DNA of 64,000 nt, taken from Bacteroidales bacterium (GTDB lineage: Bacteria > Bacteroidota > Bacteroidia > Bacteroidales > UBA12077). The translations under genes and the position numbers were made by a program. Shown in pieces: positions 62,920 to 64,000 of the stretch. The DNA lies in NCBI GenBank assembly GCA_028282585.1, contig JANQHR010000046.1, forward strand, positions 1 to 64,000, given 5' to 3'. The stretch's first letter is position 1; every line of letters begins with the position of its first letter. Under the pieces are notes generated by a model. That model had not been told where the DNA came from, did no database searches, and worked only from the letters and a program-made list of their open reading frames with translations.

Positions 62920-63040
62920 GTATATATTCTAGCAGGAATTACTTGCCAAACGATTAAAATACTACTAATAAGACAACTAGATAATTACTATGTTTTATTA
63001 TTAGAAAGTATTTTAGTTTAAAATTTAACTGAGTTTGATA

Positions 63041-64000
63041 CTATATAATCACATTTTCGTACTCTAAATCTTCCAATAAATTATCAGAAGTTTTCATGTT
63101 ACTTATAATTACTGCAATCTCTTCAATTGTTGAAACTTGAAAAATATCCTTTAATGAAAAAGTAATATTAAATGTCTCATTAATCTTATTTATTAACATT
63201 GCGGCTTTAAGAGAATGCCCCCCTATTTCAAAGAAACTTACATTTACACCAATTTCTGTAGTGTTTAGATTTAATATTTCAGCCCAGATTTCGGTAAGTT
63301 TCCTTTCTGTATCATTTCTAGGATTAACTAACTTATTTTTAGGTTCTATCGTTATGTTAGGTAGTTGTGCTTTATCAACTTTCCCATTTTTTGTTAAAGG
63401 AATATGATCCACTTCCATATAATATGAAGGAACCATATAATCTGGCAACTTATTTAATAAAAATTCTCTTAAATGTAAATCAGCATCAACATTCTGAGAT
63501 TCCTTAACGTAATATGCACATAGAAACTTATCATCATCAATCTCCGCATCAACCACTACTATATCTTTTATCGAGTCATGTTTTAACAAGTTATTCTCTA
63601 TTTCTCTCAACTCTATTCTAAAACCTCTCAATTGAACCTGTGAATCTACCCTCCCAAGGTATTCTACTTCTCCATTAAAAAGTACTCTACCTATATCTCC
63701 TGTCTTATACATTCTTTCACCTGAATTGAAAGGATTTATAATGAATTTTTCATTGGTTAAATCTTCCCTTCCGATATATCCTAAACTAACACCATTTCCA
63801 GCTACATATATTTCACCAGGAATTCCGAATGGTTGAACATGCATGTCACGATTTAAAATATACATTCTTAATCCGGGAATTGGTTTTCCAATATTACATA
63901 TTCCATTTTTAACATCTTTAGAAGAAATCTTCTTAAATGTTACGTGAACTGTTGTTTCTGTTATCCCATACATATTAACTAATGAAGTACAAGGATATTT
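63041..64000 (-). CDS. NRPS, 3' part: A(Thr-type)-T (truncated by the window edge)
   Basis: Frame open to the edge; LVNMYGITETTVHVT (Thr signature), YKTGD, GGHSL. Confidence 0.92.
   Translation of the reverse strand, partial: KYPCTSLVNMYGITETTVHVTFKKISSKDVKNGICNIGKPIPGLRMYILNRDMHVQPFGIPGEIYVAGNGVSLGYIGREDLTNEKFIINPFNSGERMYKTGDIGRVLFNGEVEYLGRVDSQVQLRGFRIELREIENNLLKHDSIKDIVVVDAEIDDDKFLCAYYVKESQNVDADLHLREFLLNKLPDYMVPSYYMEVDHIPLTKNGKVDKAQLPNITIEPKNKLVNPRNDTERKLTEIWAEILNLNTTEIGVNVSFFEIGGHSLKAAMLINKINETFNITFSLKDIFQVSTIEEIAVIISNMKTSDNLLEDLEYENVII

Overview
AT-rich Bacteroidota (probably anaerobic Bacteroidales/Marinilabiliales-like) DNA in three parts. (1) 1-18.3 kb is core genome: pyruvate:ferredoxin oxidoreductase, rho, sigma70, rpe, a SusC/SusD pair, a LytS/LytTR two-component system, a saccharopine-dehydrogenase-like enzyme and tmRNA. 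(2) 18.3-29.5 kb looks like a decayed, integrase-less island at the tmRNA 3' end. It carries an RND/TolC pump, a Crp-controlled membrane cassette and a pseudogenised two-component system, and is closed by a degenerate tmRNA-end copy, tandem arm-like repeats and a terminator. (3) 29.5-64 kb is the downstream part of a large, very AT-rich minus-strand NRPS cluster that continues past the window edge. The assembly line is split into small proteins with tailoring genes between them: three cobalamin-type radical SAM enzymes (one PhpK P-methyltransferase-like), an archaeal RaSEA-like radical SAM plus a PLP enzyme, and a methyltransferase-interrupted Tyr-type A domain. Two modules begin with catalytically dead half-C ('interface'-like) domains. 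The free-ending C domains that feed them and all three B12 radical SAMs end in a similar acidic-aromatic tail, suggesting a shared docking code for on-line radical chemistry. Downstream are a ClbP/ZmaM-type peptidase-ABC fusion, a PptH-like hydrolase, three small uncharacterised proteins, a TEII and an Sfp PPTase. All family calls are by-eye motif recognition; no searches were run.
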